Of a DNA stretch of 64,000 bases, positions 9,984-21,816 are shown in pieces (position 1 is the first letter of the stretch; each line of letters starts with the position of its first letter). Under the pieces are notes generated by a model that was not told the origin of the DNA, ran no database searches, and saw only the letters and a list, made by a program, of their open reading frames with translations. A program made the position numbers and the translations under genes. This DNA is from Gammaproteobacteria bacterium (GTDB taxonomy: Bacteria; Pseudomonadota; Gammaproteobacteria; Burkholderiales; SG8-39): the NCBI GenBank assembly GCA_041496705.1, contig JBGQFD010000006.1, positions 244-64,243 on the forward strand, read 5' to 3'.

Positions 9984-11582
9984 ATGTCGTACGACGTCGT
10001 CATCATCGGCGGCGGTCACAACGGCCTCGCCTGCGCCTGCTACCTCGCCGGCGCCGGCCTCAAGGTGCGCGTGCTCGAGCGCCGCGCCGTCGTCGGCGGC
10101 GCCGCTGTCACCGAGGAGTTCGCGCCGGGTTTCCGCAATTCCTCCGCCGCGTACACGGTCAGCCTGCTCAATCCGAAGATCATCCGCGATCTGCGGCTCT
10201 ATCATCACGGACTGAAAATCATCGAGCGCCCGTTTGCCAATTTTCTGCCGCTGCCCGACGGGCGTTCCTTCAGTCTCGGCCCGACCCTTGCCGACACGCA
10301 GAGAGAGGTCGCGCGTTTCTCCGCGCGCGACGCGCAGCGTTTACCCGATTACTACCGCACCATCGACGCGGTCGCGCAGACGCTGCGCGATCTGGTTCTG
10401 GAGACGCCGCCGAACCTGGGCGGCGGCTGGCGCGACTGGCTGCGCGGAATTCTGCTTGGTCGAAGACTCGCGCGTCTGGCGCGATCCACGCAACGCGACC
10501 TGTGGGAATTCGTGACCCGGAGCGCTGGCGATCTCCTCGATTACTGGTTCGATAGCGATCCGGTGAAGGCAGCGCTCGGATTCGACGCACAGGTCGGGCA
10601 TTTCGCAAGCCCATATTCGCCGGGGTCGGCCTACGTGCTGCTGCACCACGCGTTCGGCGAAGTGAATGGAAAGCGCGGAACCTGGGGACACGCCCTGGGC
10701 GGCATGGGAGCTATCAGCGAGGCGATGGCGAAGGAGGCACGCGCGCGAGGAGTCGAAATCACCACCGGGGCCGAAGTCTTGGCGGTGCGGGTGAAAGCCG
10801 GGCGCGCTACGGGCGTGACTCTTGCCGATGGCAGGGAGATTGAGGCGCACGCGGTGGCCGCCGGCGTCAACCCGAAGTTGCTCTACCTGCGCCTGATCGA
10901 GCCGCAAGCGCTCGATGCCGATTTCCGCGCGCGCATCGAGCGCTGGAGGTGCGCCTCGGGCTCGTTCCGCATGAACGTCGCGCTTGCCGAGCTACCGGAT
11001 TTTACGTGTCTGCCGGGCACGCGGGCTCAGGCGCACCACAGCTCGGGGATCATCTTCGCGCCTTCGCTCGCTTACATGGAGCGCGCCTACTTCGATGCGC
11101 GCAGCAGCGGCTTTTCGCGCGAGCCCATCGTCGAGCTGCTGATCCCGAGCACGGTCGACACCACGCTCGCCCCGCCGGGGATGCACGTGGCGAGCCTCTT
11201 CTGCCAGCACTTCAATCCCACGCTGCCCGACGGCCGCAGTTGGGACGAAGAGAAGGAAGCGGCGGCAGACCTCATCGTCGGGACGGTCGATCGTTACGCG
11301 CCGAATTTCGGGAAGAACATCGTCGCGCGCAAGCTGCTCTCGCCGCTCGACCTGGAACGCGACTTCGGCCTGATCGGCGGCGACATCTTTCACGGGGCGC
11401 TTACTCTCGACCAGCTCTTTTCGGCGCGGCCGCTGCTCGGCTACGCCGACTACCGCTCGCCGGTGAGCAGACTCTATCTCTGCGGCGCAGGCGCGCATCC
11501 GGGCGGCGGCGTCACCGGCGCGCCCGGCCACAACGCGGCGCGGGAAATCCTGAGGGATTTTCAAAAGCGCCCGGCGAGCTAG
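9984..11582 (+). CDS. Phytoene-dehydrogenase-like FAD-dependent oxidoreductase
   Basis: IIGGGHNGL, GGAAVTEE, GGMGAI, GGDIFHG, LYLCGAGAHPGGGVTGAPG. Confidence 0.9.
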   Translation: MSYDVVIIGGGHNGLACACYLAGAGLKVRVLERRAVVGGAAVTEEFAPGFRNSSAAYTVSLLNPKIIRDLRLYHHGLKIIERPFANFLPLPDGRSFSLGPTLADTQREVARFSARDAQRLPDYYRTIDAVAQTLRDLVLETPPNLGGGWRDWLRGILLGRRLARLARSTQRDLWEFVTRSAGDLLDYWFDSDPVKAALGFDAQVGHFASPYSPGSAYVLLHHAFGEVNGKRGTWGHALGGMGAISEAMAKEARARGVEITTGAEVLAVRVKAGRATGVTLADGREIEAHAVAAGVNPKLLYLRLIEPQALDADFRARIERWRCASGSFRMNVALAELPDFTCLPGTRAQAHHSSGIIFAPSLAYMERAYFDARSSGFSREPIVELLIPSTVDTTLAPPGMHVASLFCQHFNPTLPDGRSWDEEKEAAADLIVGTVDRYAPNFGKNIVARKLLSPLDLERDFGLIGGDIFHGALTLDQLFSARPLLGYADYRSPVSRLYLCGAGAHPGGGVTGAPGHNAAREILRDFQKRPAS

Positions 11583-12442
11583 GATGCGCGCTCCGCCCGA
11601 AAGCTGCCCGCAGGTTTGCCCGCGGCGCGCATCGAGCCGACGATGCTCGAGCGCAGCACGCGGCCGGAGAATTCGCAAAGCACGCCGCGATCGTCGACGA
11701 AGCTGAACTCGAGGCGATCGCCGCGCAGCCGCAGGTCGCGCAGGCCCAGCCGCACCGAACCTTCAACGATCCCGCCTTCGACCTTCTGGTAGGTCTGCTT
11801 CAGGTTGAGCGTGCGTAGCACCTTCGCCTTGTCTGCGCCGTAGCTCAGCTTCCACTCGCCCTCTACCTTCGCCGGCACGACCCAGAAATGGGCGGTGCGG
11901 CCGTCGAAGGTCGAGGTCTCGTCGGGTTGCCAGTCGCCCATGTTGAACTGGTGCGACACCAGTCGCGTGCCCGGCTTCATTTCCAGCAGCTTGGGACGCA
12001 GCCGTAGGTTGAGCTCAGGCAGGAGATACATGGTCACCACCGTGGCCTTGTGGAAATCGCTGGCGAAAATGTCGGCCTCGATGAATTTGGCGTCGGCGAT
12101 GACGCCGGCCTTCTCTGCGTTGCGCCTGGAAAGCGCCACCATGTCGGGGTTGTACTCGATGCCGACGCTGTTCGCGCGGAATTTCTTTGCGGCCGCTATC
12201 ACGGTGCGGCCGTCCCCGGAGCCCAGGTCCACCACGAGGTCGTTGGGTCCGACCTGGGCCATCTGCAGCATCCGGTCTACCAGGACTTCCGGCGTCGGCA
12301 CCCAAATGACGTCCTTGCCGGCCTGGCCGACTTCGGGCTGGAATTCGTCCTTGCCGGCTGGAGCCTGCGCGAGCGCAAGGACCGGCGCTACCGCGAGCGC
12401 GAGAATGAATCCGCGCCAACGCTGCAAATCAGCTGCTGTCAT
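11579..12442 (-). CDS. Exported class I SAM-dependent methyltransferase-domain protein
   Basis: Signal peptide, GKDVIWVPTP, DLGSGDGR, VTMYLLP. Confidence 0.85.
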   Translation of the reverse strand: MTAADLQRWRGFILALAVAPVLALAQAPAGKDEFQPEVGQAGKDVIWVPTPEVLVDRMLQMAQVGPNDLVVDLGSGDGRTVIAAAKKFRANSVGIEYNPDMVALSRRNAEKAGVIADAKFIEADIFASDFHKATVVTMYLLPELNLRLRPKLLEMKPGTRLVSHQFNMGDWQPDETSTFDGRTAHFWVVPAKVEGEWKLSYGADKAKVLRTLNLKQTYQKVEGGIVEGSVRLGLRDLRLRGDRLEFSFVDDRGVLCEFSGRVLRSSIVGSMRAAGKPAGSFRAERAS

Positions 12443-12500
12443 CTCATAGCCTCCACGTAAACGGAATTGCAAGAATATCAAGAATACCCGGGCCGGGCTC

Positions 12501-13751
12501 TCAGTTGCGCGCCGGAGCGCCTGCTTCCACCGCCGCGATCTCCCTGCGCAGCAGCCACACCAGCAGCAATCCGGGCAAGGCGGCGACGAAGGTAACGATG
12601 AAGAAACCGGCCCAGTCCATGAATACGACCATCTCCCCGGTTGCGGGTCCGAAAACGACGCGCCCGAGCGACGCAAGCGCCGAAAGCAACGCGTACTGAG
12701 TCGCCGAAAAGCGGTGATTGCACAGGGCCATCGCAAGAGCGACGAATGCCGCAGTGCCCATTCCGCTTGCGAGGTTCTCGAACGCCACCGTGAAAACGAG
12801 CAGCGCGTAGCTCTTGCCCGCCCAGGCGAGCACTGCAAACGAAAGGTTCGACACCGCCTGGAGGACGCCGAACAATAGCAGCGCCCGAACCAGACTCATG
12901 TTCGTCATCAGCATCCCGCCGAGCAGCGCCCCGGTGACGAGCGACGCGAATCCGAGCCACTTGTTGACCAGGCCAACCTCGGTCAGTCCGAAACCAACGC
13001 CGCGGATCAGGAACGCGGTGGTGAGCGTGCCAGCCAGAGCATCGCCAAATTTGTACAGAATGATGAGCAACAGCAGACTCACCGCTCCGGGGCGCAGGAA
13101 AAAATCCTTTAGCGGCGCCACGACCGCCTCTGCGAGCGTGCGTGGCACGTCGGGTGGCGTCGCGGGCTCGGGAGCGAAAAACGATGCGAGAACGCCGATC
13201 CCCATCAGCGCAGCCATGAGGAAGTAAGTCGAGCGCCAGCCGATCTGGTCCGCCAGGATCAGCGCGAGCCCGCCAGAGGCGAGCATCGCGATGCGATAGC
13301 CGAGCACGCCGACCGCGGCGCCAATGCCGCGCTCCTTCGCAGCCAGCAAGTCGGTGCGGTAAGCGTCAACGACGATGTCCTGCGAGGCCGAGGCAAACGC
13401 CACCCAGAGTGCCAATGCCCCGACCACCCAGATCGAGTCATCGGGAGAGGCCGTGCCCATTGCCACGATGCCGAGCACCAGCGCAAGCTGGGTGAGAAGC
13501 ATCCAGCCGCGTCTTCTGCCGAGAAACGGCGGGACGTACCGGTCAAGCGCGGGAGACCAGAGAAATTTCAGCAGGTACGGAATCCCGATCCAGGAAAACC
13601 AGGCGATCGTTCTGATGTCGATTCCGGCGACCGTGAGCCAAGCTTGCAGCGTGCCGCCGGTGAGGGCGAGCGGCAGCCCCGAGGAAAATCCGAGGACGAG
13701 GATCGCGGCGAGCCGGGGATTGCGAAGCGCTTCGAAGTAAGGCGAAAACAT
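12501..13751 (-). CDS. ampG: Muropeptide MFS permease AmpG
   Basis: LGFSSGLP, KFLWSP, SASQDIVVDAYR, GYRIAM, SATQYALLS. Confidence 0.93.
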   Translation of the reverse strand: MFSPYFEALRNPRLAAILVLGFSSGLPLALTGGTLQAWLTVAGIDIRTIAWFSWIGIPYLLKFLWSPALDRYVPPFLGRRRGWMLLTQLALVLGIVAMGTASPDDSIWVVGALALWVAFASASQDIVVDAYRTDLLAAKERGIGAAVGVLGYRIAMLASGGLALILADQIGWRSTYFLMAALMGIGVLASFFAPEPATPPDVPRTLAEAVVAPLKDFFLRPGAVSLLLLIILYKFGDALAGTLTTAFLIRGVGFGLTEVGLVNKWLGFASLVTGALLGGMLMTNMSLVRALLLFGVLQAVSNLSFAVLAWAGKSYALLVFTVAFENLASGMGTAAFVALAMALCNHRFSATQYALLSALASLGRVVFGPATGEMVVFMDWAGFFIVTFVAALPGLLLVWLLRREIAAVEAGAPARN

Positions 13752-13810
13752 GCGTGATTGTAACCTCACGCACTTGCACGCCAGACAGGCACGAACGTCC
13801 GCGCCCGCCG

Positions 13811-14590
13811 CTAGAGTTTCGTGTCGTAGTCGATGGTGAGCGGCGCGTGGTCCGAGAACCGCCGGTCCTTGTAGATCGCGACCCTTTTTGCCCGCGCTGC
13901 GATGCCGGGCGTGGCGATCTGGTAGTCGATGCGCCACCCGACGTTCTTCGCCCAGGCCTGGCCGCGGTTCGACCACCAGGTGTACTGGTCCGGGCGCGGG
14001 TCGACGCGGCGAAACACGTCGACCCAGCCAAGTTCGTCGAACACCTCGGTGAGCCAGGCGCGCTCTTCGGGGAGAAAACCGGAGTTCTTCCGGTTGGAAC
14101 GCCAGTTCCTCAGATCGATTTCCTTGTGGGCGATGTTCCAGTCCCCGCACAAGACGAATTCGCGCCGGCTGGCCCTGAGCCTTTTCAGCACCGGTGCGAA
14201 CTCTTCGAGAAAACGGAACTTGGCCTGCTGACGCTCTTCGGAACTCGATCCCGAGGGAAGGTACGCCGACACCACCGAGACAGAGCCGAAGTCCGTGCGC
14301 AGGAACCGCCCTTCGGCGTCGAATTCCCGGCTGTCGAAACCGCGGGACACGGCATCGGGCCGGATCTTCGAGTAGATCGCGACACCACTGTAGCCCTTCT
14401 TGGTCGAGCAGCAATGGTAGTGGCCGTGAAAACCCTTCGGAACGAGCGCGAGCCCAGAAAGATCCGCCTCCTGGGCCTTGACTTCCTGCATGCATACCAC
14501 GTCGGCGCGCTGGCGCGCGAGCCACTGCGGGAATCCCTTGGCGAGCGCCGAGCGGATGCCGTTGAGGTTGAGCGTGATAATGCGTAACAT
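13811..14590 (-). CDS. xth: Exodeoxyribonuclease III / AP endonuclease
   Basis: NLNGIR, QE, GYSGVA, GDWN, WRIDY, SDHAP all intact. Confidence 0.92.
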   Translation of the reverse strand: MLRIITLNLNGIRSALAKGFPQWLARQRADVVCMQEVKAQEADLSGLALVPKGFHGHYHCCSTKKGYSGVAIYSKIRPDAVSRGFDSREFDAEGRFLRTDFGSVSVVSAYLPSGSSSEERQQAKFRFLEEFAPVLKRLRASRREFVLCGDWNIAHKEIDLRNWRSNRKNSGFLPEERAWLTEVFDELGWVDVFRRVDPRPDQYTWWSNRGQAWAKNVGWRIDYQIATPGIAARAKRVAIYKDRRFSDHAPLTIDYDTKL

Positions 14591-14618
14591 TCGAACTCCG
14601 TGTTCCTCACGTACGGCG

Positions 14619-15278
14619 ATGCTGCCCGCGGCCGACTTTCGCAAGGAGTTCATCGCCTTCTGCGTCGCGCAGGGCGTGCTCAAGTTCGGCCGCTTCGTCA
14701 CCAAGTCGGGACGCACGACCCCATACTTTTTCAACGCCGGCCTGTTCAACACCGGCGCGTCCCTGGACCGCCTGGCGCAATTCTACGCAAGAGCGATTCT
14801 GTCTTCGGACCTGAATTTCGACATGCTGTTCGGGCCGGCGTACAAGGGCATCGTGCTCGCCGCGGGCGCCGCCATGGCGCTCGCCCGCGAAGGGCGCGAC
14901 GTGCCCTTCGCCTTCAATCGCAAGGAGGCAAAAGACCACGGTGAAGGCGGCGATCTCATCGGCGCTCCGCTTGCGGGGCGGGTGTTGATCGTGGATGATG
15001 TATTGACCGCAGGCACCGCGGTTGGCGAATCGCTCGCCCTGATCCGCAGGCACGGCGCGGTTCCCGCGGGGGTGGTGATTTCGCTCGACCGGATGGAGCG
15101 CGGCACCGGATCGCTGTCGGCTATCCAGGAAATCGAGCGCGCCTACGCGATTCCGGTCAGGGCGGTCGCGAACCTGGATGACCTGATGGGCTGGCTGCAG
15201 GCGAGCGAGGAATTGCGGGAGAATCTCGGTGCGATCAGGGAATACAGACAACTCTATGGGGTCGCTCAACATGCGTAA
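14619..15278 (+). CDS. pyrE: Orotate phosphoribosyltransferase
   Basis: KSGRTTPYFFN, FGPAYKG, NRKEAKDHGEGG, IVDDVLTAG. Confidence 0.96.
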   Translation: MLPAADFRKEFIAFCVAQGVLKFGRFVTKSGRTTPYFFNAGLFNTGASLDRLAQFYARAILSSDLNFDMLFGPAYKGIVLAAGAAMALAREGRDVPFAFNRKEAKDHGEGGDLIGAPLAGRVLIVDDVLTAGTAVGESLALIRRHGAVPAGVVISLDRMERGTGSLSAIQEIERAYAIPVRAVANLDDLMGWLQASEELRENLGAIREYRQLYGVAQHA

Positions 15279-15894
15279 CCAGGCGGTAGCCTTGCTGTGC
15301 TTGAGCATGCTTGCGGCGCCGGCGACGGCGCAGCTGCGCATGTACAAATGCGTCGATGCCAAGGGCAAGACCTACTACACGCAGATACCCCCGCAGGAGT
15401 GCCTCGGCCGCGATACCCAGGAGTTGAACAAGTCCGGCACGACGATACGCAAGGCTCCCCGCGTAGTTCCCCTGACGCCGGAACAGCAGGCGGCGCGCGA
15501 AGCCGAGCGCAAGAAGAAGCTAGGCGACGAAGAAAAGGCGAAGGAGGAGCGGCGCAAGGGCGCGGCCCTGATGAACACCTACTCGAGCGAAAAGGACATC
15601 GACGACGCTCGGGCGCGCGCCCTCAAGGAGGCGGAAGCCGCGATCAAGGATACGGAACGGCGCATCGCGGACGCAATAAAGCGCCAGAAGGCGCTCGACG
15701 CGGAGAAGGAGTTCTACGTCAAGAAGCCCATGCCGCTGAAGCTCAAGCAGGACATCTCCAATATCGAGATCGAGATCAAGAACCAGACGGAGCTGCTGGA
15801 TGCCAAGAAGAAGGAAATCGGCACCATCAGCGCCAAGTACGACGAAGACAAGCGGCGCTATCTCGAGCTCACCAAGACCGCGCAGAAGAAATAG
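15271..15894 (+). CDS. DUF4124-domain exported coiled-coil protein
   Basis: Signal peptide, MYKCVDAKGKTYY, long charged helical tail. Confidence 0.75.
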   Translation: MRNQAVALLCLSMLAAPATAQLRMYKCVDAKGKTYYTQIPPQECLGRDTQELNKSGTTIRKAPRVVPLTPEQQAAREAERKKKLGDEEKAKEERRKGAALMNTYSSEKDIDDARARALKEAEAAIKDTERRIADAIKRQKALDAEKEFYVKKPMPLKLKQDISNIEIEIKNQTELLDAKKKEIGTISAKYDEDKRRYLELTKTAQKK

Positions 15895-15915
15895 GGCTGC
15901 GCTGCGCTCGGGCTC

Positions 15916-17367
15916 TCAGCCCGCGAGCCTGCGCTTGAGGATTTCATTGACCTGCGCGGGGTTGGCCTTGCCCTGAGTGGCTTTCATGACTTGGCCGACC
16001 AGTGAATTGAACGCTTTGTCCTTTCCCGCCTTGTAGTCCTCGACCTGCTTCGCGTTCCGGGCGAGCACCTGATCGACGACCTTCTCGATTGCGCCACTGT
16101 CGGAGATCTGCTTCAACCCTTTAGCAGCGATGATGGCGTCGGGGTCGCCCTTGCCGGCCCACATCTCAGCGAGAACTTCCTTGGCGGACTTACTTGAGAT
16201 CGAACCGTCCAACACGCGCGTACGCAGCTTTGTCAGCTGCTCCGACGTAATCCGACTCTCGGAAAATTCAAGCCCCGCTTCATTTAGAAGACCGGCCACC
16301 TCTCCAACTATTGTGAATGCGATGTCCTGAGCCGCCGCCGGAAACATAATGATATCGGCCGCACCCGCTGAACGTTCAAAGAACTCTGCCTTATCACGGC
16401 TCGCAGTAAGTTGAACCGCTACGGTCGGGGAAATTTTGAAGTCGGAGCCGTAACGCTTGCGTTTCGCTTCAGGTAGCTCCGGCAACTTCGCATTAATCTC
16501 CTCTATCCACTTTTCCGAAACCTCAAGGGGCAGTAAGTCAGGGTCTGGGAAATAGCGGTAGTCATGCGCTTCCTCCTTTGTGCGCATCGAGCGCGTCTCG
16601 TCCTTGTCGGGATCGTAGAGCCTCGTCTCCTGCACGATCTTTCCGCCGTCCTCCAGAATTTCGATCTGGCGCTTCGCCTCGAACTCGATCGCGCGCTCGA
16701 GGAAGCGGAAGGAATTGAGATTCTTGATCTCCGCCCGGGTACCGAGCGGCGCCCCGGGCCGCCTCACCGAAACGTTGGCGTCGCATCGGAACGAACCCTC
16801 CTGCATGTTGCCGTCGCAGATGTCGATCCAGCGCACTAACCCGTGCAGCGCCTTGGCGTAGGCGACCGCCTCCTCGGCCGAACCCATCTCGGGCTCGGAA
16901 ACGATTTCCAGCAGCGGCGTGCCTGCCCGGTTGAGATCGATCCCGGTCAAGTTCTGGAAGTTCTCGTGCAGAGACTTGCCGGCGTCCTCTTCGAGGTGGG
17001 CCCGCGTCAGATGAATCGCCTTTTCTCCGCTTTTCGTCAGGATGCGGATTTCTCCACCTTTGACGATGGGAAGCTCGTACTGGCTGATCTGGTAGCCCTT
17101 GGGCAGATCCGGGTAGAAATAATTTTTCCGCGCGAAAATCGAACGGCGATTGATCACTTTCTCTCCGCCGACCGCGAGCCCGAATCGTATCGCGCGCTCG
17201 ACCGCGCCGCGGTTCGCGACCGGCAGCACGCCCGGCAGCGCGATGTCCACCGCGTTCGCCTGCGTGTTGGGCGGCGCGCCGAAGGCGGTCGAGCCCCCCG
17301 AGAACATTTTCGACTTGGTCGAGAGCTGCGCGTGCGTCTCGAGGCCGATGACGATTTCCCAGTTCAC
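15916..17367 (-). CDS. gatB: Asp/Glu-tRNA amidotransferase subunit B
   Basis: [47 protein letters not shown]; GTG start. Confidence 0.97.
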   Translation of the reverse strand: MNWEIVIGLETHAQLSTKSKMFSGGSTAFGAPPNTQANAVDIALPGVLPVANRGAVERAIRFGLAVGGEKVINRRSIFARKNYFYPDLPKGYQISQYELPIVKGGEIRILTKSGEKAIHLTRAHLEEDAGKSLHENFQNLTGIDLNRAGTPLLEIVSEPEMGSAEEAVAYAKALHGLVRWIDICDGNMQEGSFRCDANVSVRRPGAPLGTRAEIKNLNSFRFLERAIEFEAKRQIEILEDGGKIVQETRLYDPDKDETRSMRTKEEAHDYRYFPDPDLLPLEVSEKWIEEINAKLPELPEAKRKRYGSDFKISPTVAVQLTASRDKAEFFERSAGAADIIMFPAAAQDIAFTIVGEVAGLLNEAGLEFSESRITSEQLTKLRTRVLDGSISSKSAKEVLAEMWAGKGDPDAIIAAKGLKQISDSGAIEKVVDQVLARNAKQVEDYKAGKDKAFNSLVGQVMKATQGKANPAQVNEILKRRLAG

Positions 17368-18824
17368 GGCTCGATCCCTGCGGGTTCGCGCTTGTGCCAA
17401 TCGGTCGCGCGCTGGTACTGGTGCGCGGCGTTCAGCATCTTCGTTTCCGCAAAATAATTGCCGACGATGTGCAACCCGACCGGAAGATTGCCGGCTCCGA
17501 ACCCGCACGGGACCGACATGGCAGGCAAACCGGCGAGGTTGGCGGGAATCGTATAGATGTCGTTCAAGTACATCTGCACAGGGTCCGCCGTCTTGGCGCC
17601 GATTTTGAAAGCCTCTGTAGGCGATGTCGGGCCTACGATGATGTCGCATTGCTTAAAAGCCGCCACGAAGTCGTCTGCGATCAGCCGCCGGATTTTCTGC
17701 GCCTTGAGGTAATAGGCGTCGTAATAGCCGTGCGAGAGCACGTAGGTGCCGATCAGGATGCGGCGCTTGACCTCGGCACCGAATCCTTCGGCGCGCGTTC
17801 TGCGGTACATGTCGGCGAGGTCAGCGTATTCCTTGGCACGATGCCCGTAGCGCACCCCGTCGAAGCGCGATAGGTTGGACGAGGCCTCTGCGGGCGCGAT
17901 GACGTAATAGGCAGGCACCGAGAGCCCGCTGTTCGGCAAGCTGATCGGTACGCGCTTCGCGCCGAGCTTCTCGAATTGCGCAAGCGCCGTTTCGACCGCT
18001 TTGCCGACGTCGGCGGCGAGCCCTTCGCCGAAGTGCTCCTTGGGTACGCCGATGCGAAGACCCGCAAGCGGCTTGTCCAATTCGCGCGTGTAATCCTCGG
18101 GGGCTCGCTCGGTCGAGGTCGAGTCGCGCGGATCGAACCCCGCCATGCAATTGAGCAGGATCGCCAGGTCCTCGGCGCTTTTTGCCATCGGCCCGCCCTG
18201 ATCCAGGCTGGAAGCGAAGGCGATCATGCCGTAGCGCGAAACCAGGCCATACGTGGGCTTCAGCCCCGACAGACCCGCGAGCGCCGCCGGCTGTCGTATC
18301 GAACCGCCGGTATCGGTGCCGGTCGCCGCCGGTGCCATGCGTGCCGCGATGGCGGCCGCCGACCCCCCCGAGGAGCCGCCCGGAACGCATTCACGGTTCC
18401 AGGGGTTTCTCACCGGTCCGTAGAACGAGGTCTCGCTCGATGAGCCCATCGCGAACTCGTCCATGTTGGTCTTGCCTAGGATCACCGCACCCGCATCGTT
18501 GAAGCGCCCGATCACGTGCGCGTCGTAGGGTCCGACGAAGTTCGACAGCATCTTCGAACCACAGGTGGTGAGCCACCCCTTCGTCACGAAAATATCCTTG
18601 TGCGCGACCGGGATTCCGGCGAGCGGCTGCGCTCCGCCTCTCGCGATGCGCTCGTCGGCAGCGCGCGCCTGCGCGAGGCTCCTTTCTTCGTCGATCGTGA
18701 TGAAGGCGTTGAGTGCGCCGTTCAGCTTCGAGATGCGATCGAGACAGAGCCGGGTCAGCTCCACGCTGGAGATTTTCTTCTGCGCGAGCGCTGCGGAGAG
18801 CTCTTTGAGCGAAGCGTTCAGCAT
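17364..18824 (-). CDS. gatA: Asp/Glu-tRNA amidotransferase subunit A
   Basis: Amidase signature [32 protein letters not shown]. Confidence 0.97.
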   Translation of the reverse strand: MLNASLKELSAALAQKKISSVELTRLCLDRISKLNGALNAFITIDEERSLAQARAADERIARGGAQPLAGIPVAHKDIFVTKGWLTTCGSKMLSNFVGPYDAHVIGRFNDAGAVILGKTNMDEFAMGSSSETSFYGPVRNPWNRECVPGGSSGGSAAAIAARMAPAATGTDTGGSIRQPAALAGLSGLKPTYGLVSRYGMIAFASSLDQGGPMAKSAEDLAILLNCMAGFDPRDSTSTERAPEDYTRELDKPLAGLRIGVPKEHFGEGLAADVGKAVETALAQFEKLGAKRVPISLPNSGLSVPAYYVIAPAEASSNLSRFDGVRYGHRAKEYADLADMYRRTRAEGFGAEVKRRILIGTYVLSHGYYDAYYLKAQKIRRLIADDFVAAFKQCDIIVGPTSPTEAFKIGAKTADPVQMYLNDIYTIPANLAGLPAMSVPCGFGAGNLPVGLHIVGNYFAETKMLNAAHQYQRATDWHKREPAGIEP

Positions 18825-18845
18825 GGGATTCAGGCCCGAATCCCG

Positions 18846-20271
<1,426 letters not shown>

Positions 20272-20360
20272 GGCGGGCTCGAGGCCCAGAGGGAAAGGCG
20301 ACGGTACGGACGATGGCTGCGCATTTTCCGATTCGCAACTGACGTCTCCCTGCCCGCTCC

Positions 20361-21269
20361 ATGGATTATCAGCCGCCGCCTTTCTTCAGCCGCGGGCCGG
20401 CCCCGCTGGTGCGCTTGGGCTTTTTCATCTCCCTCGCGTTCCTCCTCATGGTGCTGGACGCGCGCTTTCGCTACGCGGAATCGATACGCCAGGCGGTGGC
20501 GCTGCTCGCCTACCCGATGCAGTGGGTGGTGCTGGCTCCGATCGAGCTGGTCAGTGCATCCGCAGATTTTTTCACCACCCAGGTGGCGCTCAAGCGCGAG
20601 AACGACGCGCTGAAATCGAGGCAGCTGCAGGACGCCAAGGACCTGCTGACGCTCGAGGCGTTGCGCGCCGAGAACGCGCAATTTCGGCGCTTGCTCGAAG
20701 CGCGCGAACGCCTGCCGCGGTCCTCCACGCTCGCCGAGATCCTGTACACGGGACGCGATCCTTTTTCGCGCAAGATCGTGATCGACAAGGGACGCCAGCA
20801 GGACATCCAGGAAGGCCAGGCGGTCATCGACGACGTCGGCGTCATCGGCCAGGTGACACGCGTGTATCCGCTGCTCGCCGAAGTCACGCTGATCACGGAC
20901 AAGGAGCAGAGAATCCCGGTGGAAGTCGTGAGAAACGGCCTGCGCGCCATCGTCTACGGCGGCGGGGCGGCGGGCACGCTCGACCTGAGCTACATGGCGG
21001 CGAACGCCGACGTGCAGGCCGACGACCTGCTCGTGACCTCGGGAATCGACGGCACCTATCCGCCGGGGCTCCCGGTGGCCAGGGTTTCGCGCATCGAGCG
21101 CGACGCCGCCTACGCCTTTGCAAAGATCACCTGCGTGCCGACCTCAGGCACCGAGCAGAACAAGCAGGTGCTGGTGCTGTCGGTCGAATCGAATCTTGCG
21201 CCGCCCCCGGCGGAGGTCGAGACCGCGGCCAAGTCCGCGAAGGCGAAGCGCCCGAGGAAACGCGAATGA
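20361..21269 (+). CDS. mreC: Rod shape-determining protein MreC
   Basis: TM segment, coiled coil, VTSGIDGTYPPG; synteny. Confidence 0.95.
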   Translation: MDYQPPPFFSRGPAPLVRLGFFISLAFLLMVLDARFRYAESIRQAVALLAYPMQWVVLAPIELVSASADFFTTQVALKRENDALKSRQLQDAKDLLTLEALRAENAQFRRLLEARERLPRSSTLAEILYTGRDPFSRKIVIDKGRQQDIQEGQAVIDDVGVIGQVTRVYPLLAEVTLITDKEQRIPVEVVRNGLRAIVYGGGAAGTLDLSYMAANADVQADDLLVTSGIDGTYPPGLPVARVSRIERDAAYAFAKITCVPTSGTEQNKQVLVLSVESNLAPPPAEVETAAKSAKAKRPRKRE

Positions 21270-21285
21270 ACACTGGAAACGCCTG

Positions 21286-21807
21286 ATGCGTCTCGATGAT
21301 CGGCCGCAGCGCATCCTGTTGCCCGTGAACGCCGGCTTCATGGCGTTGAGCCTCGCCCTCGGGCTGCTGTTCAATCTGCTCCCCTGGCGCGACGTATCCG
21401 GATTGCCCGACCTCGCGGCGCTGGTGCTCACCTTCTGGTGTGTACACCAGCCGCGCAAGATGGGGATCGGCGCTGCCTGGATGCTCGGGCTCATCATGGA
21501 CGCCGCCAACGGCGCGCTGCTCGGGCAGCACGCCCTTGCCTACTCGGTTCTCGCTTTCGCTGCGCTCGGCCTGCACCGGCGCATCCTCTGGTTTTCGCCC
21601 TGGCGGCAGGCCGCCCACGTGCTGCCGCTGCTGCTCGGCTGCCAGGTGCTGATGCTCGGCGTGCGTATGATCGCAGGCGGCGTGTTCCCCGGACTGCCTT
21701 ATTTTGCCGGCAGCCTGATCGGTGCCGCTTTGTGGCCGAGCGTAACGTTCCTCCTCCTCTTGCCCCAGCGCAGGCCCGAGAGCGTGGACGAAAACCGGCC
21801 GATCTGA
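21286..21807 (+). CDS. mreD: Rod shape-determining protein MreD
   Basis: Hydrophobic, PDL..LV..FW, LGQHAL; synteny. Confidence 0.93.
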   Translation: MRLDDRPQRILLPVNAGFMALSLALGLLFNLLPWRDVSGLPDLAALVLTFWCVHQPRKMGIGAAWMLGLIMDAANGALLGQHALAYSVLAFAALGLHRRILWFSPWRQAAHVLPLLLGCQVLMLGVRMIAGGVFPGLPYFAGSLIGAALWPSVTFLLLLPQRRPESVDENRPI

Positions 21808-21816
21808 GGACCTCCA

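Noticed and set aside
9984-11582. Carotenoid biosynthesis (crtI)
   Set aside because: No crtB/crtE neighbours; belongs to the widespread uncharacterised phytoene-dehydrogenase-like group
13811-14590. Crc catabolite-repression protein (divergent from pyrE as in Pseudomonas)
   Set aside because: AP-endonuclease motifs (QE, GDWN, RIDY, SDH) are all intact, so an ordinary ExoIII is the simpler call
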